From NCBI GenBank assembly GCA_965215365.1, contig CBDCDS010000003.1, positions 960,001 through 1,024,000 of the forward strand: a DNA stretch of 64,000 nt, read 5' to 3'. The stretch comes from Gammaproteobacteria bacterium (GTDB taxonomy: Bacteria; Pseudomonadota; Gammaproteobacteria; Eutrophobiales; Eutrophobiaceae). Positions 19,968 to 30,283 of this stretch are shown piece after piece (the stretch's first letter is position 1; each line of letters starts with the position of its first letter). A program made the position numbers and the translations under genes. The notes under the pieces are model-generated. The model was not told the origin of the DNA, ran no database searches, and saw only the letters and a program-made list of their open reading frames with translations.

Positions 19968-20347
19968 GATTCGAGACAATGCTCCTTTCTGATGGTCAGT
20001 TCCTGTATAACGGTTGCCATTACTGCGCTCCTGAAAATGATTGATTAAATCGTCCACGTCTCGTAGTGTCCCTGATTTTGTCGCTACATAGCAAGTTGGT
20101 GCGGGCTACTACCTCATGTCTGGCATTATCTATCGTACCTCATCAGCTTGTCAAAATGAAAATTTCTACCAAAGTGCGGAATCGGTGTTCAAGATGAACT
20201 GAAATCCGCCGTGGGCGTTGTAGCGATGGGATTGCGAGTCTGGATATAGAGGTGACCTTACATGCGTTGAACCTGGACACAGAGTTGACAACAACCGGCA
20301 AGCAGACTATTCTGCAACTCACTGAAACCAGAAAGGAGAATGTCCTC

Positions 20348-20989
20348 ATGGAAAACGAATTACATCGAAACCCCGCCAGCCCCGAAAAAATATGGGCCAC
20401 CTTGGATCGCATAACCGAGAGGCAGGAGAAGGAAGCCAAACTACGACAGCAAGAGGCCGACCGACGCCAGCAAGAGTACGATCGTCAGCAGCGAAAAATG
20501 GACCGGCAGTTGGAGGCAATCCGGCGGCAGATGGAAGATACCGACCGGCGTCTGAAGAAAACGGACGAGTTGTTTAACAGCCAATGGGGTAAGTTGGTGG
20601 AAAGTCTGGTGGAAGGAGACCTGATAGCGCTGTTGCAGGCGCGCGGCATTGCGGTGGAGTCGACCCATCCGCGCGTGAGTGGTCGCCGCAATGGCGAGCA
20701 CTATGAGTTTGACATCCTGGCCATTAACGGTGAGGAAGTGGTGGTGGTAGAGGTGAAGACTACGTTGCGACCTGAGGACGTGACACATTTTCTGGCGAAA
20801 TTGGCGCGGTTCACGGAATACGAGCCGGTATGGAAAGGCAAGCGTATCCTAGGCGCGGTGGCCTACCTGAAGACGGATGCCTCGGTGCTGGCGCATGCGC
20901 AACGCCAGGGGTTGTTCGTCATTCGGGCCACTGGCAGCAGCGCCAGCATCATCAACCCGACAGACTTCCGGCCCCGAGTGTTTCTCTGA
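20348..20989 (+). CDS. Coiled-coil + PD-(D/E)XK protein (DUF3782-like), copy 2
   Basis: Protein identical to 10245..10886. Confidence 0.75.
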   Translation: MENELHRNPASPEKIWATLDRITERQEKEAKLRQQEADRRQQEYDRQQRKMDRQLEAIRRQMEDTDRRLKKTDELFNSQWGKLVESLVEGDLIALLQARGIAVESTHPRVSGRRNGEHYEFDILAINGEEVVVVEVKTTLRPEDVTHFLAKLARFTEYEPVWKGKRILGAVAYLKTDASVLAHAQRQGLFVIRATGSSASIINPTDFRPRVFL

Positions 20990-20997
20990 CAGCCCAT

Positions 20998-21225
20998 TTA
21001 ACGGATTAACTTCACCTCAATACCCAATTCAAGCGCAGCCCAGGCCCGATCCGCGGTGATTACCCTGGTTTGCTCCCGGATTGCCAGGGCGAGACAGGCG
21101 CGATCGCCCAAGGACAGGCCGGTATTCTGCGTCGTTTTTCGCATCAGGCCTGCTGCGATTGCCATGGCTTCGTCAAAAGGGCAAATCTGAAGGCCGAGGA
21201 GCGATAGGGATGCTCTGGCCTCTTC
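20998..21225 (-). pseudogene. 5'-truncated vapC copy
   Basis: 3' 228 bp of the gene at 10895..11275. Confidence 0.85.
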
Positions 21226-21365
21226 ATTTCAACTAATTTGTTGACTGTGATTGGTAACGTTAAACTGTCAATTCTCTTCTTCTCCTTCTATCAGGCACCA
21301 GAACCGGGCGAGATTATGCTTCCCTTCCATTTTGTTGAGAAAATAATGCCAGGGAGGGCATTTTT

Positions 21366-21424
21366 AGCCCGCATATCTCACCCAGTGATGCGAAGATCGC
21401 GCCGGATTGGTGCTGCCTGCGGGT
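21366..21424. repeat. Short degenerate copy of the ACCCGCA-ended MITE family
   Basis: gcccgcatatctcaccca...tgcgggt; compare 63063-63200. Confidence 0.6.
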
Positions 21425-21494
21425 TAGAGGTTACTATAAACATCCGGCTGCGTTATAGTAGTGACGTATTTACACTGAGTAGTGACAGATAGCT

Positions 21495-22556
21495 ATGTCT
21501 TTGGGACCCATAATGCTGGACCTGCGTGGCGTTGAATTGCAGGCAGATGAACGGGAGCTGCTGTTACACCCGCTGGTCGGCGGAGTGGTCCTGTTTGCGC
21601 GCAACTATCGGGACCCGCAGACATTGTGTGCGCTGACCTCGCAAATTCACGAGTTGCGCAGCCCGATGTTATTGATTGCGGTGGACCATGAGGGCGGTAG
21701 GGTGCAACGTTTTCACCAGGGTTTTACCCGTGTGCCGGCAGCGCGCGGCTTTGGCGACCTCTACGCGCAGGACGCAGGCCGGGCGCTGGCGTTGGTGCAA
21801 GATACCGGTTGGTTGCTGGCCAGCGAGTTGCTGTCCGTGGGCGTCGATATCAGCTTTACCCCCGTGCTGGATCTGGATACCGGTGTCAGTTCGTTCCTGG
21901 GAGATCGTGCCTACCATCGTGCTGCGGAGGTGGTGGCACAGCTGGGGCAACACCTGATGCAGGGCATGCGCAAGGCCGGTATGATGGCGGTGGGCAAACA
22001 TTTCCCGGGGCATGGCGGCGTAACCGCCGACTCCCACCATGAGATACCAATAGATGAACGCAGTTTCGGCACAATTTTAATGGAGGACCTGATCCCGTTC
22101 GAGCGCATGATCAATGCTGGTCTGGCCGCGGTGATGCCAGCGCACGTTATTTATTCTCGAGTGGATGACAAACCGGCTGGTTTTTCCAGTGTATGGTTGC
22201 AGCAGGTTCTGCGTAACCGGCTGAATTTTCAGGGTGTTATCTTCAGTGACGATATCAGCATGGCCGCCGCCGAGGTTGCCGGCAGCTATGTGGAACGGGC
22301 CTATGGCGCGCTGGCTGCCGGTTGTGATATGGTGCTGGTGTGCAATAATCAGACCGCGGCCCGGGCTTTATTGGATGAGTTGGATATCGGCGCCAACCCG
22401 GTCTCCCAGGCGCGGCTGAGACGCATGCATGGCGTCGGCTCGGTGTCATACAATGAATTATGCAACGCTGAGCAACGACTGCGCGTTGCCGCAGATATTT
22501 CCAGTCTGGATGTGGAACCGGAACTCAACCCTGACGATGATGGTATTGCTGCGTAG
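21495..22556 (+). CDS. nagZ: Beta-N-acetylhexosaminidase
   Basis: DHEGGRVQR, KHFPGHG, FSDD GH3 motifs. Confidence 0.95.
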   Translation: MSLGPIMLDLRGVELQADERELLLHPLVGGVVLFARNYRDPQTLCALTSQIHELRSPMLLIAVDHEGGRVQRFHQGFTRVPAARGFGDLYAQDAGRALALVQDTGWLLASELLSVGVDISFTPVLDLDTGVSSFLGDRAYHRAAEVVAQLGQHLMQGMRKAGMMAVGKHFPGHGGVTADSHHEIPIDERSFGTILMEDLIPFERMINAGLAAVMPAHVIYSRVDDKPAGFSSVWLQQVLRNRLNFQGVIFSDDISMAAAEVAGSYVERAYGALAAGCDMVLVCNNQTAARALLDELDIGANPVSQARLRRMHGVGSVSYNELCNAEQRLRVAADISSLDVEPELNPDDDGIAA

Positions 22557-23457
22557 TTGTTTTACCCTATGCCTGTTGCTGGTTTGCAGCGGCGCCGCGC
22601 GGTCTGCAGAGCCGGAATGCCGCCCGTTGCAGCTCAGGGAGGTTGCTTATTCGGGCCCGCAGGAGTTTGGTCAGGGGTTGTTGTGGCGCCTAAGCAAATC
22701 AGGCAGCCCACCCAGTCACGTGTTCGGCACCATTCATGTTGCGGAACGCCACGTCAGCGCACAACTGGCTCAGGTCAAGGAGGTGCTGGCCGGCAGTGAG
22801 GTATTGGTCATGGAGGCCGTGTTTGATGCGGACGGTATCGAGCTGCTGCGCAAGATGATGTTATTCGAGGGCGATACACAGCTGGGCGCGGTCATTCCTG
22901 CCGATCTTTACACACGTACTCTCGAGATATTGAACGCGTATCACATCACCGAACAGCAATTATCAAGGATGAAACCTTGGGCTGCCTACCTGACCATGAG
23001 CTATCCGGCAGACCTGGGTATCATCCTCGACCAACGCCTGCTGCAACTTGCCGAGGCCGCAGGAATCGATGCCGAGGGGCTGGAATCATTAGAGGAGCAA
23101 GGCCAACTGTTCAATAATTTTTCACTGGCGGAGCAGGTACGATTGCTCACGGATGCCGTCTGCCACCGCCAGCTGATGGAGAGCGATTTTGCGCAAATGA
23201 TTGCACTTTATACGGCCGGCGATCTGGCGGGGTTGTCTGCTTACGGGCAACGTTATGCGTTTGCTGATAATACCTTGTATGAAACCCTGACAGAGAAGCT
23301 CCTCACCCGGCGCAACCGGCTCATGGTCGAAAGAATGCAAACCGCGCTGGCAACCGGCAACGCCTTTATCGCCGTCGGCGCGCTGCACCTGCCCGGTGCC
23401 GAGGGCGTGCTGGCATTGCTGCAACAACATGGCTTTGTCATAACTCCGGTGTTCTGA
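22537..23457 (+). CDS. TraB/GumN family protein
   Basis: Signal peptide, LLW...FGTIH, GLE, RN..M, AVGALHL.G. Confidence 0.88.
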   Translation: MMVLLRSCFTLCLLLVCSGAARSAEPECRPLQLREVAYSGPQEFGQGLLWRLSKSGSPPSHVFGTIHVAERHVSAQLAQVKEVLAGSEVLVMEAVFDADGIELLRKMMLFEGDTQLGAVIPADLYTRTLEILNAYHITEQQLSRMKPWAAYLTMSYPADLGIILDQRLLQLAEAAGIDAEGLESLEEQGQLFNNFSLAEQVRLLTDAVCHRQLMESDFAQMIALYTAGDLAGLSAYGQRYAFADNTLYETLTEKLLTRRNRLMVERMQTALATGNAFIAVGALHLPGAEGVLALLQQHGFVITPVF

Positions 23458-23465
23458 GCGCTGGT

Positions 23466-24575
23466 GTGAGCGTCGATTACCTCATTACAATGTGGCATTA
23501 CCTGCTGCATGAGGCCTGGATATTACAGGTTTTCCTGCTGGTGTTTATGGCTCTGTTGCTGGACTGGTTCCAGAAACGCACCATTGCCAGATTGATGATC
23601 CAGGCTGACAAGACCCGCATAGCCTGGGACAGCGCCTTGCTGGAAGCTGCCGGCAAACCCCTTACCGTGCTCATCTGGCTGCTCGGCATTACCCTGGCGG
23701 CAGACATCGCCAAGGGTGAAACCGGCGCGGTCATCTTCAAGGTGGTTGCACCGGTGCGCGAGGTAGGCGTGATTGCGCTCATCGCTTGGTTTTTGGTCAG
23801 GTTCGTAAAGCGGGCCGAGTTGCATTTTATCAGGTTGCGCCAGGAAGCCGGCGCCCCGGTTGACCGCACCACCGCCGACGCCATTGCCAAACTGATTCGG
23901 ATATCGATCCTGATCACCGCGTTTCTGGTCGGCTTGCAGGCACTGGGCTACAGCATCTCCGGGGTGCTGGCCTTCGGTGGCGTCAGCGGCATCATCGCCG
24001 GTCTGGCCGCCAAGGACTTGCTCGCCAATTTTTTCGGCGGCCTGATGATCTACCTGGACCGACCGTTTGAGGTGGGAGACTGGATCCGCTCCCCGGACAA
24101 GGAGATAGAGGGCACGGTGGAAGAGATCGGCTGGCGCCTGACGCGCATACGCACGTTCGATAAGCGTCCTCTGTATGTTCCCAATTCCGTATTTGCCAGC
24201 ATTGCCGTGGAAAACCCGCAACGCATGAGCAACCGGCGTATCTATGAAACCATAGGCATACGCTATGACGACGCCGGCAGGATGGCGGCTATCACCCGGG
24301 ACGTGAAGCAGATGCTGCGCGAGCACCCGGAGATTGACATAAACCAGACCATGATCGTCAATTTCGTCAAGTTTGCGCCCTCCTCACTGGATTTTTTCAT
24401 CTATACCTTCACCAAAACCACGCAATGGGTCAGGTTTCACGAGATCAAGGAGGACGTGATGCTCAAGGTCATGGCAATTATCGAGCGGCATGGCGCCGAA
24501 TGCGCCTTCCCCACCTCAACTATACACATCACCCCCGAAGCAGATGTCAAACCGGACGCTGAGCAAGGGCCTTGA
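23466..24575 (+). CDS. MscS-family mechanosensitive channel
   Basis: TM helices; RPFEVGDWI, GTVEEIGWR, VPNS, FPT. Confidence 0.92.
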   Translation: MSVDYLITMWHYLLHEAWILQVFLLVFMALLLDWFQKRTIARLMIQADKTRIAWDSALLEAAGKPLTVLIWLLGITLAADIAKGETGAVIFKVVAPVREVGVIALIAWFLVRFVKRAELHFIRLRQEAGAPVDRTTADAIAKLIRISILITAFLVGLQALGYSISGVLAFGGVSGIIAGLAAKDLLANFFGGLMIYLDRPFEVGDWIRSPDKEIEGTVEEIGWRLTRIRTFDKRPLYVPNSVFASIAVENPQRMSNRRIYETIGIRYDDAGRMAAITRDVKQMLREHPEIDINQTMIVNFVKFAPSSLDFFIYTFTKTTQWVRFHEIKEDVMLKVMAIIERHGAECAFPTSTIHITPEADVKPDAEQGP

Positions 24576-24578
24576 GCC

Positions 24579-25412
24579 ATGCTGAAGTTCACCAAAATGC
24601 ACGGGCTGGGCAACGATTTCGTGGTCATCAATGCCCTGGAACAGGCCGTAAACCTGGATGCTGAACAGGTACGCAAGATCGCGCACCGCCGTCTGGGCGT
24701 CGGTTGTGACCAAGTGCTGGTGCTGCGCCCTAGCACCGACGGCGCGGCAGATTTCCTCTACCGCGTTTACAACGCCGACGGCAGCGAGGCCGAACACTGC
24801 GGCAACGGCCTGCGCTGTGTCGCCCTGTACCTGCGCGCCAACGGCCTCATACGCAAGGATGAACTGCTGGCCCAGACCCCGACCGGACTGCTGAAAATCT
24901 ATTTTGAGGGGGACTTGGTCAAGGTGAACATGGGCTGTCCGGACTTTGAGCCGGCGCGCATCCCACTGGCCGTGGCAGAACCACAACAGCTTTACCGCGC
25001 AGAACTGGACGGCGGGCAGGTGGAGTTTGCGGCTTTATCCATGGGCAACCCCCACGCCGTGCTGCGGGTGGATGACGTTGAGCACGCCCCGGTAGCGCGG
25101 GTCGGGGCGCACTTGCAGCGTCATGCCTTGTTTCCCGCCGGCGTCAATGCGGGGTTCATGCAGCTCCTGGACCACTCGCGTATCAGGCTGCGAGTATATG
25201 AACGCGGCGTTGGCGAGACCCTGGCCTGTGGCACCGGCGCTTGCGCCGCCGTGGTCGTGGGGATTGCGGTGTATAATCTTGCCGACAAGGTTCAGGTATT
25301 ATTGCCCGGCGGCAGTTTGACCGTAGCCTGGGCCGGTGCCGGTGAACCGGTGTGGATGACAGGCCCCGGCACAACCGTCTATGAAGGGCGAATTGACATA
25401 GCTAACGAGTGA
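24579..25412 (+). CDS. dapF: Diaminopimelate epimerase
   Basis: FTKMHGLGNDF, CGNG, GNPH, ERGVGETLACGTG. Confidence 0.97.
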   Translation: MLKFTKMHGLGNDFVVINALEQAVNLDAEQVRKIAHRRLGVGCDQVLVLRPSTDGAADFLYRVYNADGSEAEHCGNGLRCVALYLRANGLIRKDELLAQTPTGLLKIYFEGDLVKVNMGCPDFEPARIPLAVAEPQQLYRAELDGGQVEFAALSMGNPHAVLRVDDVEHAPVARVGAHLQRHALFPAGVNAGFMQLLDHSRIRLRVYERGVGETLACGTGACAAVVVGIAVYNLADKVQVLLPGGSLTVAWAGAGEPVWMTGPGTTVYEGRIDIANE

Positions 25413-26110
25413 TGACCATGACAGAAGAAACAACGGACAAAGCCGCCATAAGTGCGGACGAAGTGGAGGCTTATTTGAGAAAATATCCTGATTTTTTTCT
25501 CACCCGCCCGCAACTGCTGGCAGAATTAGCCATACCCCACCGCGCCGGCACCGCGGTTTCCCTAGTGGAAAAACAGGTCAAGGTGCTGCGTGAACAGAAT
25601 GAACAGGCGCGCAAGCGCTTGCATGAACTGGTCGAAATTGCCCGAGCAAACGAAGATCTGGCGCACCGGATGCACCACCTGGTGCTGACCCTGATAGATG
25701 CCGCCAATCCTGAAGAGGTATTCAAAACCTTGTATGAAAACCTGAAACGTAATTTCAGGGCCGAGCAAGTGGCGCTAAGACTGTTCGCGCAACCGGTCAA
25801 CAACAGCGCGCCGGCGCCGGTAGAATTTGTCGGGAAGGATGCAGGTGAGGCCAGGTTGTTCGAGGAACTGTTCGACAAGCGCCTGCCGACCGTCGGCGCG
25901 CTGGCCCTGGAGCAGCAGGCGTTTTTATTCGGAGCCGCTGGCGCGGAACTCACATCGGTGGTGCTGGCGCCACTGCACGGCAATGATTGGCGCGGTGTGC
26001 TGGCGATAGGCAGCCGCGACCCGGAGCGTTTTCAAAAAGACATGGGCGTTGAGCTGTTGGCCAACCTGGGTGAGGCGCTTAGCTTCATCCTCAAACCCTG
26101 GATCGCGTGA
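25409..26110 (+). CDS. DUF484 (YigA-like) protein
   Basis: Y..PDFF, AVSLVEKQV; conserved position between dapF and xerC. Confidence 0.88.
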   Translation: MMTMTEETTDKAAISADEVEAYLRKYPDFFLTRPQLLAELAIPHRAGTAVSLVEKQVKVLREQNEQARKRLHELVEIARANEDLAHRMHHLVLTLIDAANPEEVFKTLYENLKRNFRAEQVALRLFAQPVNNSAPAPVEFVGKDAGEARLFEELFDKRLPTVGALALEQQAFLFGAAGAELTSVVLAPLHGNDWRGVLAIGSRDPERFQKDMGVELLANLGEALSFILKPWIA

Positions 26111-27000
26111 AACCAGCCGAAATCGCCAGGATAGACGGGTTTTTAGAAACCCTGCAACATCTTTCACCGCATACGCGCAAGGCTTACGCCAGCGATCTCG
26201 CCTTCTTTCTGGAGTACTGCAAACAACTCAAAATTAGCGCTTGGCGGGACTTGGACGGTCGCTCGGTACGCGGTTACATTGCCCAAAGACACCGGCAGGG
26301 AACGGGTGGCAGGAGCCTGCGACGTAATCTGTCCTCCATCAGGGCGTTCTACCGCTACCTGTTGGACCAGGGGGAAGTGACACAGAACCCGGCGGAGGGG
26401 ATCGTCACTCCGAAGGCTGAAAAACGCCTGCCCAGGACCCTGGATGTGGACCAGACTGCCCGGCTGGTGGAGATCAAGGATAACCGGACACTTGCGTTGC
26501 GTGATAAAGCCATTCTGGAACTGATGTATTCCTCAGGGCTGCGTCTGGCGGAGTGTGTGAGCCTGGACCAGCATAGTGTGGAGCTCGGCGACGCACTGGT
26601 AACGGTAACGGGCAAGGGCAACAAGACGCGCCGGGTGCCGGTGGGGAAATATGCGCTGGATGCGGTCCGCGTCTGGTTGCGAGTGCGCCCGCAACTGGCA
26701 GACCTAGGGGAGACTGCCTTGTTCGTCAGCGCCCGCGGCAAACGCCTTGGCGCCCGCTCCATCCAGCAACGCCTGCGTCAATGGGCGCAGAAACAGGGCA
26801 TGGACATCCATGTACACCCACACATGCTGCGCCACTCCTTTGCCACCCACCTGCTGGAATCCAGCGGCGACCTCAGGGCCGTGCAAGAACTGCTGGGGCA
26901 TGCCGACATCAGCACCACGCAAATCTACACCAGCCTGGATTTCCAGCACCTGGCCAAAGTCTATGACCAGACCCACCCCCGGGCCAGAAAAAAGAACTGA
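26107..27000 (+). CDS. xerC: Tyrosine recombinase XerC
   Basis: SGLRLAE, HPHMLRHSFATH, LGHA..STTQIY; dapF operon. Confidence 0.95.
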   Translation: MKPAEIARIDGFLETLQHLSPHTRKAYASDLAFFLEYCKQLKISAWRDLDGRSVRGYIAQRHRQGTGGRSLRRNLSSIRAFYRYLLDQGEVTQNPAEGIVTPKAEKRLPRTLDVDQTARLVEIKDNRTLALRDKAILELMYSSGLRLAECVSLDQHSVELGDALVTVTGKGNKTRRVPVGKYALDAVRVWLRVRPQLADLGETALFVSARGKRLGARSIQQRLRQWAQKQGMDIHVHPHMLRHSFATHLLESSGDLRAVQELLGHADISTTQIYTSLDFQHLAKVYDQTHPRARKKN

Positions 27001-27013
27001 TGGGGGGGATATT

Positions 27014-27487
27014 TCAGCGTTGCTTCAACAGCCGCTCCTTCTGCTTCTGCCAGTCCCGATCCCGTTCCGTGCGGCGTTTGTCGTGCAGTTTTTTCCCTTT
27101 GGCAACGCCGATAGCGAGCTTGGCGCGGCCGTTTTTCCAGTACATGGACAGCGGCGCCACGGTATAACCCTGGCGTTCCACCGCGCCGGTCAGCCGGTTT
27201 ATCTCGGTGCGGTGCAGCAGTAGTTTGCGGGTGCGCTGCGGGTCGGGTTTGACGTGCGTCGAGGCGGTCGGCAGCGGCGTGATCAAGGCGCCGAACAGGA
27301 AGGCCTCGCGGTCTTTCAGCAGCACGTAACCGTCACTGAGTTGTACTTTCCCGGCGCGCAGGCTCTTGACCTCCCATCCCTCCAGCGCCAGGCCGGCCTC
27401 GAACCGGTCCTCTATGTGGTACTCAAAGCGCGCCTTTTTATTCAGGGCGATGGTATGGTCCGGGATCTTGCTCTTTTTTTTGCTCAT
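27014..27487 (-). CDS. smpB: SsrA-binding protein
   Basis: [39 protein letters not shown]. Confidence 0.97.
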   Translation of the reverse strand: MSKKKSKIPDHTIALNKKARFEYHIEDRFEAGLALEGWEVKSLRAGKVQLSDGYVLLKDREAFLFGALITPLPTASTHVKPDPQRTRKLLLHRTEINRLTGAVERQGYTVAPLSMYWKNGRAKLAIGVAKGKKLHDKRRTERDRDWQKQKERLLKQR

Positions 27488-27584
27488 TGGCTACCGCCTG
27501 TCAGCTGTCAATGCCAAGTATATCATCCGCAATCCCCCTTCCGTGTTAAAGTAACCCCTTACCTTTTCAACTGAGATAAAACAA

Positions 27585-28952
27585 GTGTCTGCCAATCGCA
27601 CCTCGGTTCATGGGCAATGGTCGTCCAGATGGATATTTATCCTGGCGGCGACCGGTTCCGCCGTTGGACTGGGCAATATCTGGCGCTTTCCGTACATCAC
27701 CGCAGAGCATGGCGGCGGCGCGTTTGTGCTGGTTTATCTGGCTTGCATCGTGCTGGTCGGACTGCCTATTATGATGTCCGAAATCCTGCTGGGGCGGCGC
27801 GGCCGCCGCAGTCCAATTTATACCATGGCCGCGCTGGCTGAGGAAGAAGGGCACAGTAAACACTGGCGCCTAGTGGGAGTCATGGGTGTATTTGCCGGCT
27901 TTTTCATCCTGACCTTCTATAGCATTGTGGCCGGCTGGACGCTGGCCTACATGACGCGCGCCGTGTCCGGCGTATTTGCCGGGGCCAGCGCACAACAGAC
28001 CGGGGAGCTCTTCAATGCCCTAGTATCAGACCCGGAACGCCTGCTGGCCTGGCATACCATCTTCATGATCATGACCGTGTCTGTGGTGTCCAGGGGCATC
28101 AAACAGGGGCTGGAGCAGGCCGTGCGCTACCTGATGCCGGCGCTGTTGCTGCTGTTGCTGTTGCTGGTCGGGTACTCAATGAGCACCCCGGGTTTTGCCG
28201 AGGCCTGGTCCTACCTGTTCAAGCCGGATTTCAGCCAGCTCGGGGCTTCTACGGTACTGATAGCCCTGGGGCAGGCATTTTTCAGTTTAAGCCTGGGTAT
28301 GGGCGCTATCATGACGTATGGTTCGTACCTGTCCGGGAGCGCCCATATTCCCCGCACCGCCGTCTCCATTGGCATCATGGATACCGCGGTGGCGCTGCTC
28401 GCCGGGTTGGCCATCTTTCCCATCATGTTCAGTGTCGGCTTGCATCCGCATGAAGGCGGCCCCGGGCTGATCTTCAAGATACTCCCCATCGCCTTCGGTC
28501 AGATGGCTTACGGCAACGTCTTGGCCTTCATCTTTTTCACCCTGTTGATGTTTGCCGCCTGGACCTCGTCGTTATCCATCCTAGAACCGGTCACCGCCTG
28601 GCTGGTGGAGCAGACCGGTTATTCCAGGCTGCGCGCCGCCGTCAGTGCCGGCGTGGTCGCCTGGATACTGGGCCTGGGTTCGCTGCTGTCACTGAACCTG
28701 TGGTCCGAAATCACCCTGTTCGGGATGACTTTCTTCGAGTTTATGGAATACCTGTCGGTCAATATTCTGCTGCCGCTAGGGGGTCTGTTGATCGCCGTTT
28801 TTGCCGGCTGGTTGATGTCCCGCTCAGCCACGTTTGCCGAGCTGGGGCTGGGCAATGGGGCCTACCTGGCCTGGCAAGTGGCGACCCGGTTCATCGCGCC
28901 GGCCGGAGTGATTTTGATCCTGTTACAGGAATTGTTCGGCTTTCTCGGGTAA
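27585..28952 (+). CDS. Sodium-dependent transporter (NSS family)
   Basis: GSAVGLGNIWRFPY, QAFFSLSLG. Confidence 0.95.
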   Translation: MSANRTSVHGQWSSRWIFILAATGSAVGLGNIWRFPYITAEHGGGAFVLVYLACIVLVGLPIMMSEILLGRRGRRSPIYTMAALAEEEGHSKHWRLVGVMGVFAGFFILTFYSIVAGWTLAYMTRAVSGVFAGASAQQTGELFNALVSDPERLLAWHTIFMIMTVSVVSRGIKQGLEQAVRYLMPALLLLLLLLVGYSMSTPGFAEAWSYLFKPDFSQLGASTVLIALGQAFFSLSLGMGAIMTYGSYLSGSAHIPRTAVSIGIMDTAVALLAGLAIFPIMFSVGLHPHEGGPGLIFKILPIAFGQMAYGNVLAFIFFTLLMFAAWTSSLSILEPVTAWLVEQTGYSRLRAAVSAGVVAWILGLGSLLSLNLWSEITLFGMTFFEFMEYLSVNILLPLGGLLIAVFAGWLMSRSATFAELGLGNGAYLAWQVATRFIAPAGVILILLQELFGFLG

Positions 28953-28964
28953 CCTGCTAGAGCT

Positions 28965-29258
28965 ATGTCGGGCGGCTCAGAGATTGAAGTTGAGATAGTA
29001 TACGGCAAGGCCGGGTCCGCCCGAGTCATCAGGCAGACCGTCTCGCAACAGGCAACAATCAGGCAAGCCATCGAACAATCAGGCATCCTGGCCCGCCACC
29101 CGGACATCGACCTGGACCGCAACAAGGTGGGGATATTCAGTCGGAAAAAGGAACTGTGCGATCGGGTTCGGGCCGGTGATCGCATAGAGATTTATCAGCC
29201 GTTACAGGTGGACCCCAAAGAGGCGCGCCGCCGCCGCGCAAAAAAAATGGCGGACTGA
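28965..29258 (+). CDS. rnfH: RnfH/RatB ubiquitin-like protein
   Basis: VGIFS, GDRIEIYQPL.VDPKEARRRRA. Confidence 0.9.
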   Translation: MSGGSEIEVEIVYGKAGSARVIRQTVSQQATIRQAIEQSGILARHPDIDLDRNKVGIFSRKKELCDRVRAGDRIEIYQPLQVDPKEARRRRAKKMAD

Positions 29259-30277
29259 TGGCCTTAGTCAACATCAACCTGCACTCGACACCGCGCGGCA
29301 AGATAGCACTGTTGTTTGGCGCACTGACTGCCGCCGCCGTGCTCATCGGGCTGTTGGCGCTGGCAAGCGGGTCGGCGCCGGTACCGTTACGGGAAGTGAT
29401 AGGTATCATGGTCGAGAGGTCGCCGGGGGTCAATGCACAGATCGTGCTTGAGTTGCGTTTACCCAGGGTGATTTCCGGCTTTGCAGTCGGCGGGATGCTG
29501 GCGCTGGCCGGTGTACTGATGCAGATACTGCTGCGCAACCCGTTGGCAGAGCCGTATATTCTGGGTGTGTCCGGCGGCGCGTCGGTGTTTGCGCTGTTGG
29601 CCATCAGCATGGGTCTAGCTGGTATCTGGCTGACCCTGGGCGCCTGCTTGGGCGCGTTATTGACCATGTTCATGGTATTTGTCTGTTCCGGTTCGAGCGC
29701 CGGTTGGAACCCGCTGAGAGTACTCCTGACCGGAGTGGTTATTGCGGCTGGGTGGGGCGCGGTCATCAGCTTGCTGCTGGCGGTGAGCCCGGCAGCCAGA
29801 CTGCATAATATGCTGTTCTGGCTGATGGGTGACCTGAGTTTCAGTCAGTCTGGCAGCTGGTATTACCTGCTACTGCTGCTGGCCCTGCTGCCGGCCATGT
29901 ACTATGCACGGGCGCTGAATGTGCTGGGTGGCGGCGACTTACAGGCCGCGGCGTTGGGTATCTCCGTCAACCGCGTGCGCGTCATCAGCTACTTTCTGGC
30001 CTCGATATTGACGGCAACGGCAGTCATGCAGGCCGGTAGTATCGGGTTTATCGGCCTCATTGTTCCCCATGGCATGAGGTTGCTGATCGGCACCGACAAC
30101 CGCCTGCTTATGCCGGCTTCCGTGCTGGCAGGAGGCATCCTGCTGGTATTCGCCGACATGCTGGCCCGTACACTGCTGGCGCCGCGGCAATTGCCGGTGG
30201 GCGTGCTGACTGCGCTGATAGGCGTGCCGGTGTTCCTGTTGTTGCTGCGCTCTGCCGGCGCCAGACAAAGATCGTGA
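29258..30277 (+). CDS. FecCD/BtuC-family ABC permease (probably cobalamin)
   Basis: LRLPR, RNPLAEPYILG, IGFIGLIVPH. Confidence 0.92.
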   Translation: MALVNINLHSTPRGKIALLFGALTAAAVLIGLLALASGSAPVPLREVIGIMVERSPGVNAQIVLELRLPRVISGFAVGGMLALAGVLMQILLRNPLAEPYILGVSGGASVFALLAISMGLAGIWLTLGACLGALLTMFMVFVCSGSSAGWNPLRVLLTGVVIAAGWGAVISLLLAVSPAARLHNMLFWLMGDLSFSQSGSWYYLLLLLALLPAMYYARALNVLGGGDLQAAALGISVNRVRVISYFLASILTATAVMQAGSIGFIGLIVPHGMRLLIGTDNRLLMPASVLAGGILLVFADMLARTLLAPRQLPVGVLTALIGVPVFLLLLRSAGARQRS

Positions 30278-30283
30278 GCCGGT

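Larger units (their letters stand above)
20035..21225. repeat. 1,191-bp direct repeat, copy 2
   Basis: Matches 9932..11122; ends inside vapC. Confidence 0.95.

Noticed and set aside
9932-21225. Integron cassette array
   Set aside because: No integron integrase and no attC-like sites were recognised between the genes.
26107-27000. Tyrosine recombinase as a prophage or island integrase
   Set aside because: It lies in the conserved dapF-DUF484-xerC operon, so it is housekeeping XerC.
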